A stretch of DNA of 62,474 bases, counting the filler, from Chiloscyllium plagiosum (lineage: Eukaryota), in NCBI RefSeq assembly GCF_004010195.1. It is 4 parts of one record of this genome, joined end to end, with 100 filler letters (N's around TTAATTAATTAA, not from the genome) between each part and the next. Parts side by side here need not be neighbours in the genome. Positions count along the whole stretch, not along the records: positions 1 to 24,258 come from NC_057711.1; positions 24,359 to 44,137 come from NC_057711.1; 2 more parts are not named here. The stretch is one strand, 5' to 3'. Each line of letters begins with the position of its first letter. Positions within the stretch are counted from its first letter, which is position 1. The position numbers and the translations under genes were made by a program. Shown one piece after another: positions 13,626-25,599 of the stretch. Under the pieces are notes generated by a model. That model saw only the letters and a program-made list of their open reading frames with translations. It had not been told where the DNA came from and ran no database searches.

Positions 13626-13860
13626 ATCTGGTAGCGTTATGGAGAGAAAACACAAGATAATGTTTTGTTAATGTTTTGAAAACAGAGTTAATATCCAGTG
13701 TCCCTTCACTGCTGTGTGTTTTCTGCTGGTTTGGACAGAAATAAGTCTTTTTTTTTCTGAAAATGAAATTTTGGAAATGTGCTCCTCTGTGCATTTGTGG
13801 TTAGTGCAAGTTAAAATGAGGTTGAAATAATAAATAAAAAATGTCCAAATCACATGAGGC

Positions 13861-13866
13861 TTTATT
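13861..13866 (-). promoter_or_regulatory. Candidate PLGRKT polyadenylation signal AATAAA
   Basis: tttatt on + (AATAAA on -), about 150 bp downstream of the PLGRKT stop codon. Confidence 0.6.
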
Positions 13867-14014
13867 CAATAATGGACACGTTCATTAAAGGTTACAACTA
13901 TGCATGCCATTTGATTAAAAACATCCATATAAGGATAATGAGCTGCTACTAATACACACTTCCCCTTTGATCTGAGATTTCGATTGCCAGATTCACGACT
14001 TATATGCTCCAAAT

Positions 14015-14136
14015 CTATTTTTGGATGAAAAACATACTCCGAGCCCTTCTGGCCTTTTCAATACTTTCAAAGGTAGGCACTCCTTTTGGCATCTGAAGAA
14101 GGGTTTGTTCTCTATCAATTATATTCTCTGCTTCAT
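14015..14136 (-). CDS. PLGRKT: Plasminogen receptor (KT), last coding exon to TAG
   Basis: ttttcttccag|AT GAA GCA...CAA AAA TAG encodes (D)EAENIIDREQTLLQMPKGVPTFESIEKARRARSMFFIQK*. It ends in the C-terminal lysine characteristic of Plg-RKT. Confidence 0.96.
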
Positions 14137-14857
14137 CTGGAAGAAAAAAATGATATCAATTACTGCTCAAATGTATGCCACAGAACAACTGAAAAGAAGA
14201 AAAGCACGCCAGTCATTCAGAAACATTTGCTAAAAGAAAGTTACAAGGCTATGCCTTTTTGAATTCGTTTTGAAGGATTCTTTACCTGCTACACAATAAA
14301 GTCTCATAATAGTATCAAGATCATTTTTGAGAGCCCAAGAACAACTACATTCTTCTCTATACATGAACCAGTCAATTCAAAAGACTGGAATTTAATAATC
14401 ATATCTTGAAGTCAAATGCAGTAAATGTATTGGTAAGAGGAACAAAAATTGTCATGAGAGAAATGTTTTTCCAGACAGTGAGTGGTTTATGTCTGTAATG
14501 CACAGCTTGAGAATATTGTAGAGGTAGGTTCCATTGAGGCATTTAATTTACAATTGAATTAGACTATTAATTGTAAAGGAACAATGTATAGTCTCGTAGG
14601 GAGAAGGAAGGAGAATGGGTCTAAGTGAATCGCTCATTCAATAAACCAGTGCAGAAATGCTGGGCTGAATGGCTTCCTTCAACACTCTGCTAATTCTATG
14701 ATCTGTACCTGCCTGCATGGCAAACAGTGGAATTAAATGCAGACCTTGAGACTGAGAATTGCAATTAATTATACATTAAAAGTGGGACATGTGAATCTGA
14801 ATGACAAATCAGGTTTTTAGTAGAACAGGAAAAGTCAATATGCACTGGGCAACTTGG

Positions 14858-15217
14858 AATCATAGAATCCCTACAGTGCAGGAGCAGGCCATTTGGCCCA
14901 TCAAGTCTACACTGACCCCCCAAAGAGCATCCCATTCCAGACCTATCCCCTTCCTTATCCTTGTAACCTGGCATTTCCCACGGCTGACCCACCTAACCTG
15001 CACATCCCTGGACACTATGGGTAAGTTACCATGGCTAATCCATCTAATCTGAGCTTTTTGGATTGTGGGAGGAAAATGGAGCACCCACACCAAACTCACA
15101 CAGACACCGGGAGGATGTGTAAACTCCACACAGGCAGTCACCTGAGGCTGGAATCAAACCCAGGTCCTTAGTGCTGTGAGAGCTGCAGTGCTAACCACTG
15201 AGTCATCGTGCTGCCCA
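14858..15217 (-). mobile_element. HE1-type tRNA SINE (in a PLGRKT intron)
   Basis: Same family; CR1-like tail ctgtagggattctatgattc on the minus strand. Confidence 0.85.
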
Positions 15218-15414
15218 CAAAATATAAAATTAACAAAATATCATTCATCCCCTGTATAAAACGAAAGCTGTGCTCGGAATTTAGACATTAACTAATTTCT
15301 CCCCAAGATTCTAAGCCAGTAAAGAAATGTAGGAACAAAAACAGGTCATTTGGTATCTAAAGCCTGTTCCTGCTGTTCAGTTTCACACGAAGTAGATGGC
15401 TGAGGACCAATGCC

Positions 15415-15532
15415 ACTTGTCAAATACTCTGGGAACATGAGCTCAAATCTCACCATGGCATTTGGTGGAATTTCAGTTCAATTCATAAATCTGGAGTTGA
15501 AAGTTAGTCTTAGTATTGATGACCATGAAACA
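15415..15532 (+). mobile_element. Old tRNA-headed SINE fragment (SacSINE1/DeuSINE-like)
   Basis: ctctgggaacatgagctcaaatctcaccatggca...ggtggaattt...aaatctgga..tgaaag.tagtct...gaccatgaaac. Related pieces at about 2440-2650, 28660-28880 (-) and 48380-48550 (-). Confidence 0.5.
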
Positions 15533-16420
15533 ATGGGGTGAGAATTTTGGATTTCCACCATTTTGTGTGAAGACATACTGTCTGACTTGGGCCTCAAACT
15601 CAGCACTGATTTTAAGGTTACACTTTCCTGCTCTGGGTTTCCCTACCAGTGTAACCGGTTTCTCTTCCTCAACATTTGATCCAGAGTATCAACACTCTGT
15701 GTGCATATACATTGTCTTAAACTAGCTTCAGTGCTACAGAAAGCTACATCATTTTGATATAGTAACAGAAATGTAAATTCAAACCAGTTCATCCAACCCT
15801 TCAATCACCATTTCTCCCTCAGAGCTTGCTCACCACCTCTTGCAGGATTTACAGAACTCCCATGTCATGAGGTTACATGACGGCACTCAGCTGCCAGTTA
15901 GTGTTGCAATGTCTTCTGGTTTCTGAAGGGCACATTAGCTGTTGATGTGAAATCAGACATGATGGTTGGTGAAGCATTGCAATGTGTGTAAGGTGCTAGA
16001 GACGGCCAATGGTACTGTACTTACCCCGACAGAATGTAATTAAACAGAATAGGTGGTGTTTATGGGACAGGTAATTAGACAGTGGGCAAAAGACTCAGAG
16101 GAGATGAGAAATAAAGTGTTCTGATACAGTCAGTACTTATCACCTGAAATGCGCTGCCTGAGAGGGAAAATTCATTGGTTTCAAAAAAGAATTTGATTTG
16201 TAAAATTGTAGGAAAGATGTTGGAATTGGACTGGCTGAGTTCCTGTGATGGAAAGCCAGCGTGGAAAAGATAGGCCGAATGGCCACCTCTGTGCTATGAT
16301 TGTGTTATGTTTCTATGTTCTCCCAAGCTGCACTTAAATTGGAGAAACATTATGAATGTAAGTTTAATCTAAACTGTTTTTTGAGCAATAAAGTCACAGA
16401 TTTATAGCTAATTTACTTAC

Positions 16421-16530
16421 CTTTCATCCTTATCATTAATGTTCCATATGCCAGATCATACTGATATGCAAAAACGAAGCTCAGTGGAACAATGGGAACC
16501 AGAATTCCTGGTCTCTTCCTCTTCAAAGCT
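16421..16530 (-). CDS. PLGRKT: Plasminogen receptor (KT), internal coding exon (110 bp)
   Basis: ttctgtgcag|A GCT TTG AAG...ATG AAA G|gtaagt. The frame continues from the previous exon and encodes ALKRKRPGILVPIVPLSFVFAYQYDLAYGTLMIRMK (PLGRKT VPIVPLSF...YQYDL.YGTL..RMK). It is not in the ORF track. Confidence 0.96.
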
Positions 16531-17644
16531 CTGCACAGAAAATAGCTAAGGTCAAAATGTAGACTGCTGATGCTGAAGTAAAGTAACGTCTATTTTTGGC
16601 TAAACTTTACAAACAGTTATTCCCCTTTCTCAAAAAAGGGGAAGACAAAACATACTGGGCTCTTGTTCAGCTGGACTGCCTGGTAATGGCCTAAATTGGC
16701 AAACAGAAGTCAATTTTAAATGGGTTATCTCCCTGCCTCAGGTGTGCTGTAATAGTCTATGGAATGACTTGGTGGTCAGATATTTCCAGAGATGATAGAA
16801 TTAGAACATCAACTTGCTAAGCCCTTCTGATCCATGCCTCTGTTTTTCTGACATATAAGACTTCTTGCACCACTCTTCATTCAACCACATCAATGTATTC
16901 TTCTTCTCCTTTCTCCTGAACATCCCCTATCTACTATCTCTTTAAATAGGACAATTACATTTCTGCACCCACTGCTTCCGAAGAACACTTTCATCATTAA
17001 GACTGCAGCACCTGAAACTGCAGTCCATTTGAAAGGCCTGGCTTTGATGGGAAAAAGTAATGGGGAATGCACAATTAAACCTGTTCACCATTCTATAATT
17101 ATAAGAGAGATCCAGTGCGATCACCAGGAATCAAATTTGTCACACAGTGATCATTTTAACACTCACAGAGATGTATTCCTATTTTTCCTGTCAATTATAC
17201 CATGCTGTCAATCCCTTTACTGTTGCTCGTCAAAATTCAGGAATTCCCTTCCATTGAGGATACCTACTGTGGCAGTAAAAGAAGGCACAAAAAACTAACA
17301 GATTAACATGATCACCATCTATGGAGCACAGCTGTAGTGTCAATAAAACACATATTAGATACTCTCCTTCATACATGTGCAGACGGCCTCACATCCGATC
17401 AGCAGAGAAATGGACCCCAGGCCCAGAGAATGGTGATGGATGGAGACAACCTACCCAAAGCAGAGAAGTGAGTATCAACCAATCTGCCTTCTCCTTCACT
17501 ACAGCATACGAGTGGCAAACAAGAAGCAATTCTGTGCTCCTAAGAAAGGAGGTTAGCTATAAGTCTCTTCCAGGAGTAGAATGGAAATCTACCTCAATGC
17601 TATGAACCAACTGTAGCAGTGGAAGAGCCAACAGTTATTGCAAT

Positions 17645-17961
17645 CACAAAATACCTACAGTTGGAAACAGTCTTTTTGGCTCAACAAGTCCACACAAATC
17701 CTCCAAAGAGTATCCTACCCAGATCCATTCCCCTACCCCTATTACTCTACATTTCCCTTGACTGATGCATCTAGCCTACACATCCCTGAACCATACGGGC
17801 AATTTAACATGGCCAATTCACCTAACCTGCATATCTTGGATTGTGAGAGGAAACCCACGCAGACACGGGAGAATATGCAAACTCCACACATACAGTCGCC
17901 TGAGGCTGGAATCAAACCTGGGTCCCTGGCGCTGTGAGGCAGCAGTGCTAACCACTGAGCC
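17645..17961 (-). mobile_element. HE1-type tRNA SINE
   Basis: Same family head (gctcagtggttagcactgctgcctcacagcgccagggaccc) on the minus strand. Confidence 0.85.
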
Positions 17962-20294
17962 TTAGAGAAATCTGAATTGACAAAAGTGAAATGTAAAAAG
18001 CCACCCTGGAAAGAGAGAGTTCACTTCTGACTGTTTTGGGAGAATGTGAATTTATCTGTCACTCATACGAGTTGAATTACTCCAGAGGTTCTGTTGTTTC
18101 ATTTGTCATAGCCAATGTCACCACACGAGATTCAGCCTAAAAAAGTTTTCTCTGGAGTTTGCAGGACCCATCTGGCAATGTTCTAATGATCAAGACATTT
18201 GAAATCCACTAGGAGCATCATATGTGCTTTGCAATGATTGATTTAATTTAGTGATTCCGTTCAGAATGTTGATGTTGGGGTGGAAGGATCAATTGTGTTC
18301 TCATATTCCAGTATGATTAAAATGTTGAACAATCAATGTGTCTTTTATTCCAAGTTATATGAAAAAATTGAGGAAGCTTTGTTAAACTCCTCCATGTTCA
18401 CAACCTGAACAAATTGAAAACAGCACTGAAAGAGGCCATTCAGCTAGTCACCTCAATGCCAACTCTTTGCAGGAGTAATTAATACAATACGGCCGTTTAT
18501 CCATCAACCTGCAAATATTTTAGATTATGATCCAATTATGTTTTGAAGATCTTAATTAAATTTGTCTCCTCAGCACTCTAAGGCAGAGCACCCAGATCCT
18601 CAATGCTGGTGATATAAAGGCTATTTTCCTCATGTTGCTTTTCTTTCTTTGTGTTCAGCAGAAAGACCAGAATTTACTGCCCATTATTAGTTGCCCTTGA
18701 GGAATTCGTGGGGAGCTGCCTCTTAAACTGGCACATCCACCCTGCAGGGGAGGAGTTCCGGGATTTTGACCCAGTGATATTGAAGGAATAAGATGTAGTT
18801 CCAAATCAGGATGGCATGTAGCTAGGACAGGAATGTACAGTTGGTGGTGTCCCCATGCCTATTCCAGGTGGTAGCAATTTTGGCCAATAACCTTAAATCG
18901 GTATCATCTCTTCACCATTTCATGGATTTTCTTTTAGGGTTTTGAAAATCACAATCCAATTTCTTTTTAATCTTGTTCAAAGAGAACAGACCTAGCTTTT
19001 CCAAACAATACACATTGCTGAAGCTCCTAATTATGAGAACCATTTTCCTGAATCTTTTCTGAACCCTCACCACAGTCTTCACATTCTTCTTAAAGTATGG
19101 TATCCAGAACTGGATGTTAAACTTTAGTCATTTTGAGAGAGTTACCATAAATTCCTTGCTCTTGTATTTATACAACCCAAGATCCCATATGCTTTATTTA
19201 CCACTTTATCAACCTGCCTGGTTGCCTTCACTGATTTGTGTACACCAGATCCTCTGCTCTTGCACATTTTTTTTTGAATTCTATCTTTTATTTTATATTG
19301 TCTCTCCTCATTCTTCCACCAAAATGACACAAGCAATTTAGTATCCTTATCAGGAAACAAATTGCAAACTGAAAAAAATCTTAATTTTCCCCATAGAAGT
19401 AAGCAGTCTTGATTAACTCAATATTTCCACCAGTGATCTGTCATCATGTTTGTAGTTAATGTTGTTTAGAACTATATTATTCGTTTACTGCTCTTTCTCA
19501 CTGTAACCTCAATATCCTAAGCTCTCTGTAATTCTGGTCATCTGCACATTATGTATTTTCATCACTCCACAATTGGGGCACCTATTTTGAGTTTCAGACT
19601 GAACGTGTGGAATTCCTTCCCTGGACTGCACAGCATTTCCAGTAGTCTGTCCTGGTTTAAGACACTTCAAACGATTAACATCTTGGATAAACCTTTCACC
19701 CATCAGTCCTAATGTATCCTTCTGTGGCTCGGTATCAAAGTTTGACATTAAAACAGTTGTGAAGTATCTATGTTAAAGGTGCTATAGAAATGTAATTGTG
19801 ATCAGAGGTAACTCTGTCATACAGAAGATCAATAAGTTACGCTGTGATACTCTTTACAGTGTTATTGTGACTCAGAAATGATTTGAATTACAATCATTCT
19901 GGTTATTCAGTTTTTGGTCCCCTGTTAAACCTGGTAATCTGGGTGAGTTATGTTAACCAGCAATCTCTAATGTTCTTTGCTTGATTTCATTTTATACAAT
20001 AAATATCTCAACAGGTGGATACCTACTACTTTCTATAGGAGACATCTAGGGAGTGGTCGTCAATGCTTTCTCAATAAATGTGCTTGCTTATTCTGAACTG
20101 CTGCTGAATATTGGGACTTTACAAGCTTATACCTGCATCCACATTGATTACAGCAATAGCAATGTATCAATCTCACTGATCTCTGGATCAGTTACGTCTA
20201 AAGACAATTTTATCAGGTGATCATTTTGTTCGATAAAACATTGCTGTATTCACAATCTCCATGAATGACCATAACACAAGAAGAAAATGCTCAC

Positions 20295-20425
20295 CCTATT
20301 GTTAAACCAATTGTTGTCAGTCCCAAAAAAGTTCCAAAGTACTTTATAAATTCACGGGACCATGCGATCTGCATTGCCACTTGTCTCTGTCTCATTTCAT
20401 TTTGCATCAGCATTTGTCTTTCCAG
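20295..20425 (-). CDS. PLGRKT: Plasminogen receptor (KT), internal coding exon (131 bp)
   Basis: Minus strand reads ...ccttttacag|CTG GAA AGA CAA...ATA GG|gtgagc. It encodes LERQMLMQNEMRQRQVAMQIAWSREFIKYFGTFLGLTTIGLTIG, matching the conserved PLGRKT LERQ..MQ.EMR.RQ.AMQIAWSREF.KYFGTF motif. Confidence 0.96.
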
Positions 20426-20752
20426 CTGTAAAAGGTGACACAAGCAATTTAATATACTTATCAGAAAACAAATTGCAAACTGAAAAAAATATTTAATTTT
20501 TCCCATAAAAGTTAGCAGTCTTGATTAACTCAATATTTCCACCATGTTTATGGTTAATGTTGTATTCAGAACTATATTATTCATTTGCTAATCACAATTA
20601 CCGCACTGTAGAAGGTAGGAGGGAAGCATAAATGCTAGTATGGAGCAGTTGGCCAGAGTGGCCTGCATTGCAATTTTTATATAAAAGTTTACATGTCCAA
20701 CAAATATCCACACAATCCTGGGGATCTCATGTCAAACCAGGAAAACATCACT

Positions 20753-20885
20753 GAAGCCCTTCCTGATGAAGGGCTCATGCCCGAAACGTCGATTCTCCTG
20801 CTCCTTGGATGCTGCCTGACCTGCTGCGCTTTTCCAGCAACACATTTTCAGCTCTGATCTCCAGCATCTGCAGTCCTCACTTTCT
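20753..20885 (+). mobile_element. Short hammerhead-bearing Penelope terminal-repeat insert
   Basis: TSD ccaggaaaacatcact (20737-20752) / ccaggaaagcatcact (20886-20901). Confidence 0.88.
20763..20790 (+). ncRNA. Minimal type I hammerhead ribozyme core, intact
   Basis: CTGATGA-A-GGGC-TCAT-GCCC-GAAAC-GTC has the complete catalytic core, a perfect 4-bp stem II, palindromic ACGT in place of stem III and a GUC cleavage triplet. Confidence 0.75.
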
Positions 20886-22164
20886 CCAGGAAAGCATCAC
20901 TATCAAGATGTGTTATTGCTGAATAAAACAGAAGTCATTGATGAGCTACGTGGAAGGAAATGGAGCTGTCAAAACTTTTAAAGCAGTTTTCCATAGATAA
21001 CCCTGAAGAATTCAGAGCTGAAAAATGAGACTCCATACTTGGTGGTAGAGAGTGCATTAGCAGTCATTATCAGCTATTACATTTTAAAACACTTTACAAT
21101 TTATTATCATTTTCATTTATAATGGTCAGACTTGCACAGCTAGTTTGATGAGAAAATACACAAAGTTTCCCAGACAAAATCACGAGGTCAAGGGTAACAT
21201 GACATTTTTGTGAAGCTAATTGTAGACTGTGAATTGTGTGTCAATGCTCAGATATTCACATTACTTGAGTACTTGAGATGATAGCAAATAATTTGTATTA
21301 AATATCCAGTAAAACGTTTTTATTTTAAACCATGTTATTGCTGCCTATTTTTAAATTAATTAATTTATTAAGGTTACATTTTATTGTCAGGAAAAATTCT
21401 ATCCTGTTCTAATGACAAGTTTAAGTGAAAAATGGGGAGGAAATTACAGGTTGGGACTATCTGAATAGATGTGATGGGCCAAATAGCCTCCTTCCGTCCT
21501 ACATCATAGTGGAACCTTTTGAGATTCTGCTGTATTGGGAGTTACTGATACTTAAATTTGTAAATGACTAGTTAAGGAAGAAAACAATATTAGATGTGCA
21601 ATGCTAAAAATTACAGTTGGTAGCACCTTCAGTCTCAAAGGAATGGCTCAATTTCATTCTCTTTCATGGAATAACATCTTTTATGGTATAATTTCTTCAT
21701 CTCCATAATTAACTGGGGCAATTGTATTGGACCAGAATGTTATTAACACAGTATTAATTAGGTGTAATTTTCATTTTATTAGCACAGCGCATGTATAATA
21801 TACATAGGTTATTTATCATCCTTTTGTGATGACTGATTTTAAAAGATATCAAAATCAAGGTTGGAGTAAAAGATTATTCTTCACCAGGCTACTATTCAGC
21901 GAATGCATGCATACGTGAAACAAAGTTTAAAATACTTAATTATCTTGATTATGCAGAATTACCAACTGTTTTGTACAGTCATATTCGGAAATGCATCAAC
22001 ATTGTATCCTCACATCAGAGAGGAAAGACTGTTTTTCATGCTAGGCCAGCTGCAAATTTCACCTATGGAAGTGCACTGTAATGTTTAACTGAGAGCCTTG
22101 CAAAAATGTTATCAGTACAACTCTGCTAAATTAAAACTAACTTTCAGGTACTCATAATACAACA

Positions 22165-22628
22165 CAACATAATGCAGTACAGCACAGGAACGGACTCTTC
22201 AGCCGGCTAAGCCTGCGCCGATTCTTAGTCCTTATTTAGACCCGCTACTTATTGGCCATATGCAGTTTCTATCCCTCTGTTTGTCTTCTATCTATCCTAT
22301 ACCTTAAACATTACTAACATGTCTGCTTCCACCACCTTCTCTGGCAGTACGTTTCAGGCACCCCCAAGCTTGGTGTAAAAAACTTTCCCTTTTCACCTTG
22401 AACCTGTGCCGGCTTGTAGTTGACTTTTCCACCCTGGGAAAAAGCCTCTAACTATCCACCCTATCTATACCTCTCACAATTTTGTAGACCTCTTCCAGGC
22501 GGCCCCTCAGTCTCCATCTTTCCAGTGAGAACACCCAAGTTTATCTAACCTGTCTCCACAATTAAAACCCTCCAGACCAGGCAATATCCTGGTAAACCTT
22601 CCACGCACCCTTTCCAAAGCATTCACGT
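22165..22628 (-). mobile_element. CR1-like LINE 3' end
   Basis: Minus ORF ALERVRGRFTRILPGLEG..RLDKLG followed by a typical CR1 3' tail. Confidence 0.8.
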
Positions 22629-22631
22629 CAG

Positions 22632-23428
22632 TGGTGAGGGAAGAAAGCAACAGCTTTAGAATCTTAGAACAATAGTTTAAGTCTGGGAGACTCATAGTCA
22701 ATAATACTCGTTTATTGAACTCAATTAATATTAAAAGGAAACGGGAACAATATTAAAACAATAAAGTATACTATAAACTAACAAAAAAGCATTACAAACT
22801 ATCTTATGCTTTAACTTTGTGTGATCGTATACCACCACACTCGAACTTGGCCGGGCTCCATGTGGTGATATCATCTTCTTCTTCCGATGGTCTTGGAGGT
22901 GTCTTCTCTTTTGGTGGTTATCCTCGAGTTACCGCCCTAAGTGGGGTTTTGCAGTGATTCTTATCCTTCCAAGTCTTTGTGCCCTTTTGGGAGGGTCTTG
23001 AGTATCTGCCAATGGATGATTTGGTTTCTTTACCCTGATCAATCAGGGATTGGCACGTTGATAGTGGCCCTTAGGTGTCCATTATGGTAGATGCTGGGTG
23101 CACGTAGCCTCCTCCAAATAAGGGTGCTAGGCACCTCAGTGTCTAGCGACTGACTCACTACTCCCGGCTGTCACAAGGGCAACATTCCATTGTCCCATTC
23201 AAGTCTAACTTCAGGTCTGCAGCTGTCAAGTTTGTTTGCAAACAGTCTGTGGGTAGCTGTAACCTGTCTGGATTCTGCAGGCATGTGGATTAGCACAGTC
23301 ACTGTAGTCAAGGCTGGGTTCTATTTCCCAGTATGTTTTAATCATTGTCCATCTTTCGTAACTCCATGGTAGGTTTATTATCGTCCATCACAAGTTCATT
23401 ATTTCGGGTGGCCTGTCCGGCCACACCA
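22632..23428 (-). mobile_element. Possible solo LTR (about 800 bp)
   Basis: Bounded by inverted tggtg...cacca (TG..CA), with AATAAA on minus at 22711-22716 near one end. It is non-coding and abruptly truncates the adjacent CR1. No convincing TSD. Confidence 0.4.
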
Positions 23429-23829
23429 GCAAAAGTACTGAACTGTTTTACAGTCACACACATGAATTATCAATGGAGGAAATAAAATTCCAGATAAGCA
23501 AAGAAAATGAATATTTAGCATTTACACTAAAATTTCCCATCATATAGCACAGGGATCATTATTAATTGATTTTTATAAACAGATAGACACTATCTAAATG
23601 ACAAGGTTACAAGTTATTCATGTAGTATTGTGTGACTAGCTGTTCTTGCTATAGAATGCAATCAACAGTTAAGATAACAGAATCAAAATGCCACCTTTGA
23701 AAAATTAGTATTCAGAAAAGACAAAATAGCATCAGGGACAAATTCAGTTGATAACCTTTATAGCACATTTGAGTGATTAATGTTGGAACAGTAATCAGAT
23801 GAGAAAGGTCATAGAAGTCTCAGATACAG

Positions 23830-24257
23830 TCACATAGATGGGTTAACTCCAGGAAGGGTAAGAGAGGTAGGCAGCAATGCAGGCGTCTTAGGTACAGACA
23901 GACGTTTCTGTGGCCAGCAGAGAAAAAGCAGAATGGTGTCTTGTTTCCCTGGTGCTAGGATCAAGTTTGTCTCAGAGAGGGTGCAGGATGTTCTCACAGG
24001 GGAGAGGGGCCAGCAGGAGGTCATTGTCCACATTGGAACCAACGACATTGGAAGGGAAAAAGTTGAGACTCTGAAGGGAGATTACAGAGAGTTAGGCATA
24101 AATATAAAAAGGAGGTGCTCAAGGGTAGTAATATCTGGATTACTCCCAGTGCTACGAGGTAGTGAGGGCAGCAATAGGAGGATAGAGCAGATGAATGCAT
24201 GGCTGAGGAGCTGGTGTATGGGAAACGATTCACATTTTTGGATCATTGGAATCTCTT
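23830..24257 (+). mobile_element. CR1 ORF1 SGNH/GDSL esterase domain fragment
   Basis: ORF 23933+: CFPGAR...VIVHIGTNDIG...VVISGLLPV...MNAWLRSWC. Confidence 0.85.
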
Positions 24258-24358
24258 TNNNNNNNNNNNNNNNNNNNNNNNNNNNNNNNNNNNNNNNNNN
24301 NNTTAATTAATTAANNNNNNNNNNNNNNNNNNNNNNNNNNNNNNNNNNNNNNNNNNNN

Positions 24359-25140
24359 AATCAGTATCCTGTTCCTGCCTTATCCCCATAACCCTTGATT
24401 CCACTATCCTTAAGAGCTCTATCCAACTCTTTCTTGAAAGTAGCCAGAGACTTGGCCTCCACAACCTTCTGGGGCAGAGCATTCCATACACCCACCACTC
24501 TCTGGGTGAAGAAGTTTCTCCTCAACTCTGTTCTAAGTGGCCTCCCCCTTATTTTTAAACTGTGTCCTCTGATTCGGGACTCACCCATCAGCGGAAACAT
24601 GCTTCCTGCCTCCAGAGTGTCCAATCTTTTAATAATCTTATATGTCTCAATCTGATCCCCTCTCAGCTTTCTAAACTCAAGCATATACAAGCCTAGTCAC
24701 TCCAATCTTTCAGCGTAAGATAGTCCCGCCATTCCGGGAACTGACGCCATGGTCAGAGGGGAGGGTAGAGCACATAGGTAGGAAGAAGATTGACAGGTGG
24801 TACAGGTCATGAGGACGGTGCTGAGATGGAAGGATGAAACTGGAGTAAAGTGGGTGGAGGGGAATGAGGAAACTGGTGAAGTCATCATTGATGGGGTTGA
24901 AGGGTCCCGAGGCCGAAGATGATGCGTTCTTCCTCCAGGTGTCGGGTGGTGTGGGAATGGCAGTGGAGGAGACCCAGGACCTGCAAGTCTTCGGCAGAGT
25001 GGGAGGTGAGTTGAAATGTTCTGCCACAGGGCGCAGGGTTTGATTATTGCAGGTGTCCTGGAGATGTTCTCTGAAGTGCTCTGCAAGAAGGTGTCTGATC
25101 TACTCAGTGTAGAGGAGACCGCATCAGGAGCAATGGATAC
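24359..25140 (-). mobile_element. CR1 3' end (24359-24740) joined to a Penelope-like GIY-YIG remnant (24750-25140)
   Basis: LEFRKLRGD.IETYKII...RRNFFTQRVV.VWNALP. The adjacent segment MAEHFNSP...TCRSWVSS is homologous to 1-330. Confidence 0.8.
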
Positions 25141-25599
25141 AATTTAGATTGTATGCCTTGAGTTGCATTCTATTGAGCTATTTGACCCTGAGCAGCACCA
25201 GCACTTCTTATCAAGAAACAGTTGGACAATATCTGAGACAATAAAGCACCCCCTATGTTAAAGGATGGTTGTTACACTTCAAATAGCTTGTCAACCTCCA
25301 GCAGGCCAGTGTTCAGACTGGTGGCATTCAAGACCAGGACTTTCTGAAATGCACAGTTTGCAGGGCCAGTAAATAACAAAGCACTGCAGTGGACAATACC
25401 ATCAGGGTTACCTCAGCATGGTTCACCCGGGGGTCAGGGTGGATTACAGAGCAGATGATTATCCTGACTGTTGTGTTCCCCACTTTGACCTTATTTGGCA
25501 CCAGGAATCTCATTCCTGATTCAAGCAACAATGGGGAGAATTGTGTGGAATTTTATCTTCATTAACCTATGGACAATGGGGAAGTTGATACCAGATTGG

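Noticed and set aside
20291..20506. ORF-track start MGKIKYFF... as the PLGRKT N-terminus
   Set aside because: Sequence upstream of 20425 is intronic (polypyrimidine tract plus AG) and does not resemble the conserved N-terminus.
24258..24358. TTAATTAATTAA centred in N runs (also at 44182-44193 and 58161-58172)
   Set aside because: The identical palindrome in the middle of about 100-bp gaps puts stops in all frames. It is a scaffolding spacer, not biology.
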